The notes below the pieces were generated by a model. That model made no database searches and had not been told where the DNA came from. It saw only the letters and a program-made list of their open reading frames with translations. Of a stretch of DNA of 15,891 bases, positions 1-8,418 are shown one piece after another. Origin of the DNA: a virus; the IMG/VR virus record IMGVR_UViG_3300045988_177307, one strand, 5' to 3'. The stretch's first letter is position 1. The number at the start of each line of letters is the position of its first letter. The translations under genes and the position numbers were made by a program.

Positions 1-135
1 TGTTGATAGGGATAAAGTCAATTAGTTAGTTCCCCCTAACCGCCAATACCTTATCACCACCATACTATACACAACACAGTATATCACTGTTCCACATAGA
101 ACATTCTCAATACTATACAACTCAAGCTATTGATT
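1..135. repeat. Left inverted terminal repeat (ITR-L)
   Basis: Positions 1..135 (TGTTGATAGGGATAAAGTCAATTAG...CAAGCTATTGATT) are the exact reverse complement of 15757..15891. Identity breaks at 136/15756, and weaker similarity continues through the -10 elements to about 160. ITR-L contains a 10-nt direct repeat ATACTATACA at 62..71 and 110..119. Confidence 0.95.
88..105 (-). promoter_or_regulatory. ITR copy of an 18-nt near-palindromic motif (AATGTTCTATGTGGAACA, read on the - strand)
   Basis: The same 18-mer is present at 15787..15804 (+). A 17/18 match is present internally at 8419..8436 (+). It lies about 27 bp upstream of the -35 of the terminal promoter. Confidence 0.45.
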
Positions 136-158
136 AAAAACAGATTATGTGCTATACT
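130..158 (+). promoter_or_regulatory. Left terminal sigma-A-type promoter (P_L)
   Basis: The -35 TTGATT (130..135) is the last 6 nt of the ITR. A 17-nt spacer follows, then an extended -10 TGcTATACT (150..158). The promoter faces the holin gene, whose RBS GAGGTGA is at 182..188. Confidence 0.6.
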
Positions 159-192
159 GCAAATAAGAAATAAATAGAAATGAGGTGATACC

Positions 193-393
193 ATGGACGC
201 AAATGCAATCGTGCAGTTAGTGAGCTCGCTTGGTTTTCCTATCGCGTGCTGTATTGCCATGTTTTGGCAGAACAACAAACTCAACGAATCCCATAAAGCA
301 GAGGTGTGCAAACTTAATGAGGCTATTAACAATAACACCATAGCTCTTAATCACATTATAGACAAACTCGGAGGTACAAACAATGACGATTAA
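193..393 (+). CDS. Holin-like protein, BhlA/UviB-type (66 aa)
   Basis: It has a single N-terminal hydrophobic helix (IVQLVSSLGFPIACCIAMFW) followed by a hydrophilic helical tail. This is the BhlA/UviB layout. An RBS is present, and the gene overlaps the downstream amidase by 11 nt. Confidence 0.65.
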   Translation: MDANAIVQLVSSLGFPIACCIAMFWQNNKLNESHKAEVCKLNEAINNNTIALNHIIDKLGGTNNDD

Positions 394-1144
394 ACAGTGC
401 ATCTTTACAGCAAACGGAGCATACCGTGCGCACAAGCACATCAAGCCTGTTGGCATTGTCGTCCACAGCACAGGCTGTGACAATGAAATGCTCCGCAGAT
501 ATGTCCAGCCGACAACAGCAAACGCCGACTTTAAAGAGATACTTGCCGACCTTGGCAAAAACGTGTACAACAACCACCTTAACCAGGAGTACATCAACGG
601 CGTTTATAATGACATTTGCATGCACGCCTTCATTGGCAAGAATGACAAGGGCAATGTCGAAACTTACCAGACGTTGCCATATGATTACGCCTGCTGGGGT
701 TGCGGCTCGGGCTCAAAAGGTAGTTTTAATTACCCGCCCACGGCGCACATACAATTTGAGATTTGCGAAGATGCCTTAACGGATAAGGTATACTTTACAA
801 ATGCTTTTAACGAGGCAATAGAATACTGTGCATACCTTTGTAACAAGCTCGGACTTAAGCCCGAAAGCATAGTATCACACAAAGAATCAAGTGCGCTTGG
901 CTATGCGTCTGCGCACGGTGACCCAGAAAACTGGCTGTCAAGATTTGGAAAAAATATGGATTGGTTTAGAACGCAGGTTAAAACAAAATTGAAGAAAATG
1001 ACCGCAGACGACAAAACCAAGACGATATACCGTGTACAAGTCGGTGCATATGCAAACGAATCAAATGCAAAAGCCTTTTTGGAAACGGTCAAAAAGGCAG
1101 GGTTTACAAACGCATTTATAACGAAAGTAGAGGTGGAAAAATAA
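383..1144 (+). CDS. Endolysin: N-acetylmuramoyl-L-alanine amidase (Amidase_2/PGRP-like) with a C-terminal SPOR domain
   Basis: Catalytic-domain signatures are GIVVHSTG, HIQFEICE and SHKES...AHGDPENW. The C-terminal YRVQVGAYANESNAKAFLETVKKAGFTNAFI is a typical SPOR repeat. An RBS GGAGG precedes the ATG. Confidence 0.8.
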   Translation: MTIKQCIFTANGAYRAHKHIKPVGIVVHSTGCDNEMLRRYVQPTTANADFKEILADLGKNVYNNHLNQEYINGVYNDICMHAFIGKNDKGNVETYQTLPYDYACWGCGSGSKGSFNYPPTAHIQFEICEDALTDKVYFTNAFNEAIEYCAYLCNKLGLKPESIVSHKESSALGYASAHGDPENWLSRFGKNMDWFRTQVKTKLKKMTADDKTKTIYRVQVGAYANESNAKAFLETVKKAGFTNAFITKVEVEK

Positions 1145-1437
1145 TGGTAAAGACTAAAGACGAAATCATGGAAGAAATCCGTGCATACATCGGCGACCGT
1201 GCCGATGACCAAACAATCTCCCTCGTCGAGAATATCTCAGATACAATCGACGATTACGCTGCTCATGGCGACTACGATGAAAAGCTAATGGCTGTCGAAT
1301 CGGAGTGGCGCAGAAAGTACATTGACCGCTTTATGAATGGTGGTGAGAATACGTCTGACGTTGAAACAACAGAAGACGAAGAAAAAACAGAAGAAATCAC
1401 AATCGACGACTTATATACAGAAAGTGAGGATGAATAA
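1144..1437 (+). CDS. Putative scaffolding protein (gp7-like, 97 aa, acidic)
   Basis: The call rests on position immediately upstream of the major capsid gene, a size close to phi29 gp7, and a strongly acidic helical sequence. The start overlaps the amidase stop (TAATG). There is no sequence signature beyond synteny. Confidence 0.5.
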   Translation: MVKTKDEIMEEIRAYIGDRADDQTISLVENISDTIDDYAAHGDYDEKLMAVESEWRRKYIDRFMNGGENTSDVETTEDEEKTEEITIDDLYTESEDE

Positions 1438-1439
1438 CA

Positions 1440-2804
1440 ATGCCTAGCATCGACTACAGAGATGTAAAAACAAACTCAAGCGTTGACGTGCTCAACGCTA
1501 TCCGCAACAGTGCATCGCAGAATTACAGAGACCATGTTCCGCTTGCCACGCCTGACGCAAACACTATACGCAGTATCGGCAACGTGATAATGGATTTTCC
1601 TGAGATTCAGAATGAATTTTTATCCGCCCTGATAAACAGAATTGCCGAGGTAAAAGTTACCAACAAATACTATACAAATCCTATGAATGTGTTTAAGAAA
1701 GGTAAGCTTAACTTTGGTGAGGTTATCGAAGACATATTTATTGACCTCGCACATGCAAAAAATTATAGTCCCGAAAGAGCGGAAACGACAGTTTTTCAGC
1801 GTGAGTTCCCTGATGTAAAATCTGCCTTTTATGTAATGAATTATCAGAAATATTACAAGCAGACCGTCCAGCCTTACGACCTTGAGAACGCCTTTTTAAG
1901 CATCAACGGTGTATCAAGTTTCATCGAGAAAATCGTTACAACGATGTTTACGTCGATGGAACAGGACGAATTTTTAACGTTTAAGTATATGCTCGCCTAC
2001 CGCATCATAAATGGCTTAATGAGACCTTTTGAGATACCAGCTATCACAAAGGATAACATGCCTGACATTGTTGAGGCAATACAGACAGTCAGCGATGACA
2101 TGACCTTTATGAAGACTGACTATAATCTCGTTGGCGTAAATAACTTTACGCTTAAAGATGACCAGTACCTCATTGTCTCAGCAAAGTTTAATGCAAAGCG
2201 TAACGTTGAGGTACTTGCATCTGCATTTAATATGGATAAGGTCGAGTTTCTCGGTCACATAAAGCTAATTGACAGCTTTGGCTCGCTTGACATCAAGAGA
2301 CTTAACGAGCTCTTTAAGGGCGATGACAACTATCATGAGTTTTCTGCTGATGAGATGACTGCCCTTGATGCTGTTCCCTGTGTACTTGTCGACAAGGAAT
2401 TTTTTCAGATTTATGACAAGCTTACAGAGATGCGAGCTATAGAGAATCCTGAAGGTCTTTACCGTAACATGACCCTGCACGCATGGCGCATCTATGCAAT
2501 ATCGCCATTTGCCAACAACGCACTTTTTGTTGCAGGCACGCCGACTATTACCGAGGTAACTGTATCACCTGCAAACGCAACCCTGTCAGCAGGCGCAAAG
2601 CTCCAGCTGTCAGCTAACGTAACATCAATAAACTTTGCACCGTCGGGGCTGACTTGGACAAGTGACAGTGATAAAGCTATGGTATCAAGTACTGGTATCG
2701 TGACTATCGCATCCGATGCGACAAGCGCAACGAAGATAAAAATAACAGCAACATCCGTCTTTGACCCGACTAAGTCAGGCAGTGCAACAATAATCGTTGC
2801 CTAA
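1440..2804 (+). CDS. Major capsid protein (phi29 gp8-like) with a C-terminal Big_2 Ig-like domain
   Basis: N-terminal blocks match phi29 gp8 as I recall it: NAIRNS...VPLAT, FKKGK, IEDIF and VFQREFPDVK. The C-terminal VTVSPANATLSAGAKLQLSANV...WTSDSDKAMVSSTGIVT is a Big_2 motif. Confidence 0.9.
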   Translation: MPSIDYRDVKTNSSVDVLNAIRNSASQNYRDHVPLATPDANTIRSIGNVIMDFPEIQNEFLSALINRIAEVKVTNKYYTNPMNVFKKGKLNFGEVIEDIFIDLAHAKNYSPERAETTVFQREFPDVKSAFYVMNYQKYYKQTVQPYDLENAFLSINGVSSFIEKIVTTMFTSMEQDEFLTFKYMLAYRIINGLMRPFEIPAITKDNMPDIVEAIQTVSDDMTFMKTDYNLVGVNNFTLKDDQYLIVSAKFNAKRNVEVLASAFNMDKVEFLGHIKLIDSFGSLDIKRLNELFKGDDNYHEFSADEMTALDAVPCVLVDKEFFQIYDKLTEMRAIENPEGLYRNMTLHAWRIYAISPFANNALFVAGTPTITEVTVSPANATLSAGAKLQLSANVTSINFAPSGLTWTSDSDKAMVSSTGIVTIASDATSATKIKITATSVFDPTKSGSATIIVA

Positions 2805-2818
2805 GTTAATATAATATT

Positions 2819-2841
2819 GGTGGTGGCGCTATACCACCACC
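2819..2841 (+). terminator. Perfect 8-bp GC-rich hairpin after the capsid gene (possible attenuator or mRNA stabiliser)
   Basis: The hairpin is GGTGGTGG-cgctata-CCACCACC. It is followed by A/T-rich sequence (ATTAATTAT) but no clean T-run. Confidence 0.4.
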
Positions 2842-2866
2842 ATTAATTATAGAAAGGAGTAAATAA

Positions 2867-4468
2867 ATGGCGTATGTAGCACCGAATAGCGACCTTTGGC
2901 TGTGTCGCGGCGTACCGCTTGACAGTGACTATCACTTTAGCTATCGTCCTGCATCTGCGTCCGCACAGCAGACTGCTATTTTAGCTTATAAAGCTTATAC
3001 TCTTACAAAGCAAAGCTATATCAGGCATACAAATAACACCATAAGAGTGGCAATTTCGCCCGATAACGCTTTAGGCTGTAATTATATGGTATTCCGCAAT
3101 ACGTCCTTTGGCAATAAAATGTTTTACGCCTTTATCACAGACGTTGAGTATGTTAATAACGAGACAAGTCTTATAACATATAGTATTGATGTATTGCAGA
3201 CTTACTTTTTTGACATCAACATACTGCCGTCATATATCGAGAGGGAGCATAGTGCCTCAGATGCAATCGGGGATAGCATCACACCTGAGTCACTGATGGT
3301 TAACAGATATGTGACAAACTACGAGACACCTCTAAATCCCGACGGTCAGTCGCTTACAAACATGGCACTGGTTTTGATGACAACAAAAAGCTTTAAAAAT
3401 CCGTCGCAGACAGCAACCCGTGTTTTTTACCGTGGCATTGCTCGCCCGTATGGCTATGTATCCGATGCCGAGTATACTGTTTTTAACACAATATCAGCGT
3501 CAGCAGATATTAACGTAATATCGCAACAGATTGATAACTACGTTAACAACAACGGTAGCGGTAGCGGCGGCATAGTGGCGGGGTATCTTGCTCCGCTATG
3601 GCTTTTTAGTGGCTGGGACAGCGAATATCCATATATTGCCTATAACGCTTATCTAAGCACAAAAAAATCAATAATTAATGTTCCTCGTGTGCTCCCGAGT
3701 GATACTCTTGACGGCTATAAGCCACTTAATAACAAGCTTTACACATATCCATACAACTACTTTGAGATACAGTCTCCTGAGGGTCAATCGCAAAGTATAC
3801 AGTATGAGTGCTGGAGCAGTGGCGACGGGGTACGCAATCAGCTTGTGTGTGAGGGCAGTGCTTTAGCTGGCAACGGTGCAGTAAGGATATATCCGAAAGA
3901 TTACAACGGCACGACTGACAACAATGTGTGCTCGGTTAATTTAACCGTCAATGTAAACCCAGCTTTTTCCACGTCTGCATTGCAAGAGTGGCAGTCGGCG
4001 CAAAATCTGACAGCCACGTCAAACTGTCTTGTGAGCTTAATCAATCTTGTAAAAAAGTTTAACATTCTCGGCGCTGTCAGTACAGCCAGCGACTTAATTC
4101 AAAAATCGCAAGATGTAAGTTTTGGTAGTGCGCCAATCCAAAACGTCTTATCCTCAGCATCTGAGGATTATGACTTTATAGGTCGGCGCAAGTCGGTCGA
4201 CGCAAGCACAGCAAAACAGATTGACGATTATTTTACAATGTTTGGTTACGCTGTAAATCGCTGTAAAGTGCCAAATTTTACACAGGATACACGCAGACCG
4301 GCATACAATTTTTGTAAAACACGTTACGCCAACATCACGCCAAAGGCGGACGGTGTACCTGCAGATGCTGTGAGTGACATCGTCAAAATTTTTGACAACG
4401 GTGTATGCCTTTGGGAGGCGCTTGCCAACACAGGCAAGTATATCTTGTCAAATGCTCCCACCACATAA
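2867..4468 (+). CDS. Tail knob / distal tube protein (phi29 gp9-like)
   Basis: The N-terminus MAYV... and the block GNKMFYAFITDVEY...IDVLQTYFFD parallel phi29 gp9 (GNKWFYAFVT...IDVLQTWMFD). Its position, between capsid and connector, is syntenic. Confidence 0.85.
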   Translation: MAYVAPNSDLWLCRGVPLDSDYHFSYRPASASAQQTAILAYKAYTLTKQSYIRHTNNTIRVAISPDNALGCNYMVFRNTSFGNKMFYAFITDVEYVNNETSLITYSIDVLQTYFFDINILPSYIEREHSASDAIGDSITPESLMVNRYVTNYETPLNPDGQSLTNMALVLMTTKSFKNPSQTATRVFYRGIARPYGYVSDAEYTVFNTISASADINVISQQIDNYVNNNGSGSGGIVAGYLAPLWLFSGWDSEYPYIAYNAYLSTKKSIINVPRVLPSDTLDGYKPLNNKLYTYPYNYFEIQSPEGQSQSIQYECWSSGDGVRNQLVCEGSALAGNGAVRIYPKDYNGTTDNNVCSVNLTVNVNPAFSTSALQEWQSAQNLTATSNCLVSLINLVKKFNILGAVSTASDLIQKSQDVSFGSAPIQNVLSSASEDYDFIGRRKSVDASTAKQIDDYFTMFGYAVNRCKVPNFTQDTRRPAYNFCKTRYANITPKADGVPADAVSDIVKIFDNGVCLWEALANTGKYILSNAPTT

Positions 4469-4482
4469 GGAGGTGTCAACAA

Positions 4483-5394
4483 ATGCCTAAGAGAGTAAGA
4501 GATACAGCTTTTAAATCAAGTCTTTTTGATAATAAAAGAGCTTGGAATAATTATACATATCGGCTTTTTGAGATGGCTATGTCAAGAGGTCACTGGTCTA
4601 ATATGCCAAAAAGCATAGACTTGCGTTACCTTGAGCAAACCCTTATAACACAAGGCGCATGTGTCTTTTTCAAGGATGACGTGCTCGGGTATTTGTGCTT
4701 GCCTGTCGTCCTTAACGGTAAGCTTGACGTATACGGCAATCCCTTTGATTTTATGGCTATATCTGATACAGGCTATAACAAAAACCTTAACGTCAATAAC
4801 GGTGTTATTATTTACAATAATTACCTGCGGATGCCAAACATAGCCGAGATATGCTACTATGCTGACCGTCTGTACGAGTATGACCGTATCATCGACGTTA
4901 ACGTCAAAGCACAAAAAACGCCCGTGCTAATCAAATGTGACAAATCGGAAATATTATCAATGGAAAACATGTATCAAAAATATGAGGGCAACCAGCCAGT
5001 AATATATGGCAAAAAGTCTTTAAATGATGATAACATATCAGTGCTTAAGACTGATGCACCATATATAGCTGATAAAGTATATACTTTAAAGCGTAATATA
5101 TGGAACGAGGCATTAACCCAGCTCGGCATCCCAAACACAGATACAACAAAGCGGGAGCGCATGATTAAGGACGAGGTAATCTCGTCACAGGGAGCGGTAA
5201 TTGCAACCCGCAACTCACCTGAAAAAATGCGTCAGCTTGCGTGTGATAAGATAAATGAGATGTTTGGTCTTGATATATGGTATCAGTTTGATAACATTGA
5301 CATAGATAAATCTATCAGTAAAGGGGGCTTTGACAGTGGCACACTATACGACACAAGTCCGGACGATATGCGAGACGGTGGCAGGGCTGAGTGA
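4483..5394 (+). CDS. Head-tail connector / upper collar (portal) protein, phi29 gp10-like
   Basis: The start was moved to the ATG at 4483, which follows AAGGAGG. The track ORF starting at 4405 overlaps the gp9-like gene. The block VKAQKTPVLIKCD...YQKYEGNQPVIYG...VLKTDAPYIADK...KRERMIKDEV matches the phi29 gp10 core (NAQKTPVLIRAN...YNQYEGNAPVIF...FKTDAPYVVDK...KKERMVTDEV). Confidence 0.92.
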   Translation: MPKRVRDTAFKSSLFDNKRAWNNYTYRLFEMAMSRGHWSNMPKSIDLRYLEQTLITQGACVFFKDDVLGYLCLPVVLNGKLDVYGNPFDFMAISDTGYNKNLNVNNGVIIYNNYLRMPNIAEICYYADRLYEYDRIIDVNVKAQKTPVLIKCDKSEILSMENMYQKYEGNQPVIYGKKSLNDDNISVLKTDAPYIADKVYTLKRNIWNEALTQLGIPNTDTTKRERMIKDEVISSQGAVIATRNSPEKMRQLACDKINEMFGLDIWYQFDNIDIDKSISKGGFDSGTLYDTSPDDMRDGGRAE

Positions 5395-6352
5395 TAGCGT
5401 AGGATATACAGATGTAGAGACTGTGCTTAACGATAGCTGGGATAAGATTTTTACAGCTTTTCCCATATATGATGAGGCGCACAGAGCAGACCTATGTAAA
5501 AAGATACTCCGCCACTACTACATGGACGAGATAGCGTTTGAGACCTACGGGCTTTGGCAACTGTCAATAAATACAAAGTTAACAGAGATAATGCCACAGT
5601 ATAACAGTCTGTATAAAGCATCTGCAGAGATAATCAACCCGTTGTATAATAAAAACCTGACAAGACAGTATGACGGTACGAGCAAAGGGACAAACAAAGA
5701 CACTCGGACGGATAATCTCACAGACACAGCCTCAGCAACAACAACCGCAACAGGCACAGATACAAGGACAGATAATTTGACCGACACTAACGGCGGTAGC
5801 GTCGTGACAAAATCTGACAGTAAGCGGACCGATGCACTTAAAGCTGTGACAGATAACACGTCAACGTCAACGACAACGTCTAGTGCAAGCAACAACAGCA
5901 GTAATGACAGCTTTACAAGTGACACGCCGCAGGGCAGTTTAACAGATGTCAAAGCTGGCAAGTATATGACAAATGCAAGCATCGGCACGAGTACGGGTAG
6001 CACGTCGGGCAATGACAAAAATGACACGACGAGTAACAGCACTGTCAGCAACACGGGCACAGTAAGCAACGCTGGCACAGATACGGTAACGGACAATCGT
6101 TCACTAACAAAAACTGGCACAGTAAAAAATGACAGCACAAACAGCACGACCAGCGATAGCACACTGTCAAAAACTGGTACAGTAGTCAATGACAGTAGTG
6201 ACAGCAGGACGGATGCACACACTGAGACCGTAACGGGCTATGAGGGCAGTGCGACGTATGCAGAGCTTTTAAAAAAGTACAGCGATGCAATAATTAATAT
6301 TGATATGATGATAATAAATGCGTTATCAGACATGTTTATGCAGATATGGTAA
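5336..6352 (+). CDS. Putative lower collar protein (gp11 position) with a central Thr/Ser/Asn/Asp-rich low-complexity region
   Basis: The gene sits where phi29 gp11 would be. There is no in-frame ATG before aa 65. I prefer the GTG at 5336 because it lies 8 nt after AAGGGGG, whereas the TTG at 5330 is too close to it. It overlaps the connector gene by 59 nt. Confidence 0.5.
   Translation: MAHYTTQVRTICETVAGLSDSVGYTDVETVLNDSWDKIFTAFPIYDEAHRADLCKKILRHYYMDEIAFETYGLWQLSINTKLTEIMPQYNSLYKASAEIINPLYNKNLTRQYDGTSKGTNKDTRTDNLTDTASATTTATGTDTRTDNLTDTNGGSVVTKSDSKRTDALKAVTDNTSTSTTTSSASNNSSNDSFTSDTPQGSLTDVKAGKYMTNASIGTSTGSTSGNDKNDTTSNSTVSNTGTVSNAGTDTVTDNRSLTKTGTVKNDSTNSTTSDSTLSKTGTVVNDSSDSRTDAHTETVTGYEGSATYAELLKKYSDAIINIDMMIINALSDMFMQIW
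5699..6196 (+). repeat. In-frame low-complexity, imperfect-repeat coding tract
   Basis: DTRTDNLTDT is encoded twice (5699..5728 and 5759..5788). SLTKTGTVKNDS and TLSKTGTVVNDS are encoded at 6101..6136 and 6161..6196. The tract is dominated by T/S/N/D codons. It also generates the spurious 225-aa antisense ORF at 5545..6222. Confidence 0.7.
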
Positions 6353-6365
6353 GGAGGTAATCAAA

Positions 6366-8417
6366 ATGATTGATAAGTTAAAGTATTGGTGCAACAAGAT
6401 TTTACCGCTTGTTTACGATGACAGCTTAAGCTACTATGAGGTGTTATGTAAGACAAGCGCAAAGCTTAACGAGGTCATAGATAGCACTAACGGCTTACTT
6501 GCCGCTTGGAACACATACAAAAATGACATTGATAAGGCGTTTGGCGAGTATACTGCAGGGCTTGACAAAAAGTTTACGGAGTTATCAGCAAAAATCGACA
6601 GAGATTTTGACGACTACAGATATAGGGTCAATGAATTAATACAGGATGAGTTTACAAAGCAGGAGCATAGGCTCACGGCGCAGGATGACAAAATCGCCGC
6701 ACAGGACACGCAGATAACGGCTATATCTGACAGGGTTAATACCTTTATTACAGAGTATAACAAAACTATAGCGCAAATCCCGAGTATGGTAGTGGACGCC
6801 GTTAATGCTTGGCTTAACAATACAACGAACTATGACAACATAGTCGCCGACTTGGCAGGGTCTTTACAGGGTCTCAAACACTTTGATACAGTCGCAGACT
6901 TAAAAATTGCCACTTTTACCCAAATCACAGGCAAGGAGGTCTGCGTTTGTGAAAACTACTATGCAGGGGACGGTGTATTTACAATATGGGAAATTTTGGA
7001 ACGGTCAACACCACCTGGTGCTTTTGCTGAGGGCATCATACACATCGCACTGCCACATGCTGACGATGACTTATACTATCGTGTCGCATTTTTGCGCTCA
7101 GAGCACACAGCCACTACACTCGGTATCGCAACAGCTCCGACAGTGACAGCCCGCAACACGCAGTTGATGAACTGCTGTAAATACAACTTTAACCCGATTT
7201 TGATTGACGCTGATTTTACAGTTGATTTGTCAGGTGTTAACACAACAACCAAAACACTTAAAGTATATAGTAACCCGTCAGCAAAGCATACTATAACTAT
7301 CGTCAATGGTAATAATTTTATAAGCAGTTTTAAAGATATTAAAATAATGCACAATACGAATAACTTAAAACATATAACACTTGTGGGCGTAAGCTTTGAT
7401 AACTGTGATATTTTGGCAAAAGACAGCGCAACGGTGGTAGTAAGCAATGTCAGCATAAAAAACTGTGCTATCACAGCATCACAGATACAGTGTACAGACG
7501 AGTATACAAGTGCGGACTATGTTTTTACTGATAACACTTGGACAGCTAACACAATTTTTGGCATCGTCTTAACATCTGCGACAGTCGACAGCTTGCGCAA
7601 CTGCGTTGTATCAAGCAATCGCATCACAAACAACACAGCGACCCGCACAAGGCTCTTTTTATCGCCAAACATACCTGCCCGCAACATAAAAATTACAGAT
7701 AATGTAATTTTTAATCCGCATGTATCAACTGATACACAGCTTGCTGATGGTGTCATAGGCGCTTTTACAGCTGTCGGCACAGCGTCCGAGTTTACGCTTA
7801 CAGTTACTGGTAACACGGTATACTCGTCAACGCTTAACACGGCGCTTACACTCGGCAAGGCAACTGACACATATCATAAGTTTACTGTGATATATAAAGA
7901 TAATAATATTATGCTTAATAAGGGTACAGCGGCAGTGCCTGTGTGGTCGTCTGTTTTATCGACAGCAATACAGACTAACGGCGCTTTTTACACTAACTTT
8001 GTAGGCGACCTTGATATATCTGCAAAACTTGTTTTACAGCACACCGTATATAGCGGCGGTGATGTCACTACGCGAAAAGTTTTGCTGTTTAATCCTGCAA
8101 AGTGTATCGGATATGCGCCGCAGTCAGACGGCACGCTTATCACAACTGAACTTAACGCTTACTATAAAGCAGATGTCACGATAGTGTGTGCGGGGGTCGA
8201 TACCTCGATACCTTTTCAAAATTTTGTACAAATCGAGCTTGCGGGAGTGCGCTTTAGTGCTTTTCTTGGCTCTGACCCGACCTCAACTTTAAGAGCTACC
8301 TTATATATAGAGCCGGCAAACCTTGCAGATATAGACGGTATCATGGAGATGAGTTTAAGGTCTAACGGTGCTATCAACAGTGTTGACGGCGATGTCAAGC
8401 TTTTCCGTCTTGCATAA
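6366..8417 (+). CDS. Tail appendage / tailspike (phi29 gp12 position) with a coiled-coil region and a right-handed beta-helix region
   Basis: The start was moved to the ATG at 6366, which follows TAAGGAGG. The N-terminal KILPLVYDDSLSYYEVL motif is common in Firmicutes phage fibre and appendage proteins. Heptad-like segments follow. Repetitive N/T/V-rich turns (NCDILAKDSATVVVSNVSIKNCAITAS...) are typical of pectate-lyase-fold spikes. Confidence 0.7.
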   Translation: MIDKLKYWCNKILPLVYDDSLSYYEVLCKTSAKLNEVIDSTNGLLAAWNTYKNDIDKAFGEYTAGLDKKFTELSAKIDRDFDDYRYRVNELIQDEFTKQEHRLTAQDDKIAAQDTQITAISDRVNTFITEYNKTIAQIPSMVVDAVNAWLNNTTNYDNIVADLAGSLQGLKHFDTVADLKIATFTQITGKEVCVCENYYAGDGVFTIWEILERSTPPGAFAEGIIHIALPHADDDLYYRVAFLRSEHTATTLGIATAPTVTARNTQLMNCCKYNFNPILIDADFTVDLSGVNTTTKTLKVYSNPSAKHTITIVNGNNFISSFKDIKIMHNTNNLKHITLVGVSFDNCDILAKDSATVVVSNVSIKNCAITASQIQCTDEYTSADYVFTDNTWTANTIFGIVLTSATVDSLRNCVVSSNRITNNTATRTRLFLSPNIPARNIKITDNVIFNPHVSTDTQLADGVIGAFTAVGTASEFTLTVTGNTVYSSTLNTALTLGKATDTYHKFTVIYKDNNIMLNKGTAAVPVWSSVLSTAIQTNGAFYTNFVGDLDISAKLVLQHTVYSGGDVTTRKVLLFNPAKCIGYAPQSDGTLITTELNAYYKADVTIVCAGVDTSIPFQNFVQIELAGVRFSAFLGSDPTSTLRATLYIEPANLADIDGIMEMSLRSNGAINSVDGDVKLFRLA

Positions 8418-8418
8418 A

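Noticed and set aside
84-625. Minus-strand ORFs at 84..341, 217..597 and 356..625, and the alternative + frame ORF at 426..779.
   Set aside because: They are antisense to, or out of frame with, the well-supported holin and amidase genes. They lack a Shine-Dalgarno sequence, have odd Cys/Leu/Val- or Ser/Thr/Ala-rich composition, and one runs into the ITR. I treat them as shadow ORFs.
4405-4482. N-terminal extensions suggested by the track for the connector (4405), appendage (6318), SpoVG-like (10942, GTG) and ATPase (15375) ORFs.
   Set aside because: In each case a downstream ATG is preceded by a strong GGAGG-type Shine-Dalgarno sequence at proper spacing. The extension overlaps the previous gene or a promoter or leader and has implausible composition.
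5545-6222. A 225-aa minus-strand ORF inside the lower-collar gene.
   Set aside because: It is the exact antisense of the T/S/N/D-rich low-complexity tract. Its Leu/Val/Ser-rich translation is what that composition produces on the opposite strand. It has no RBS.
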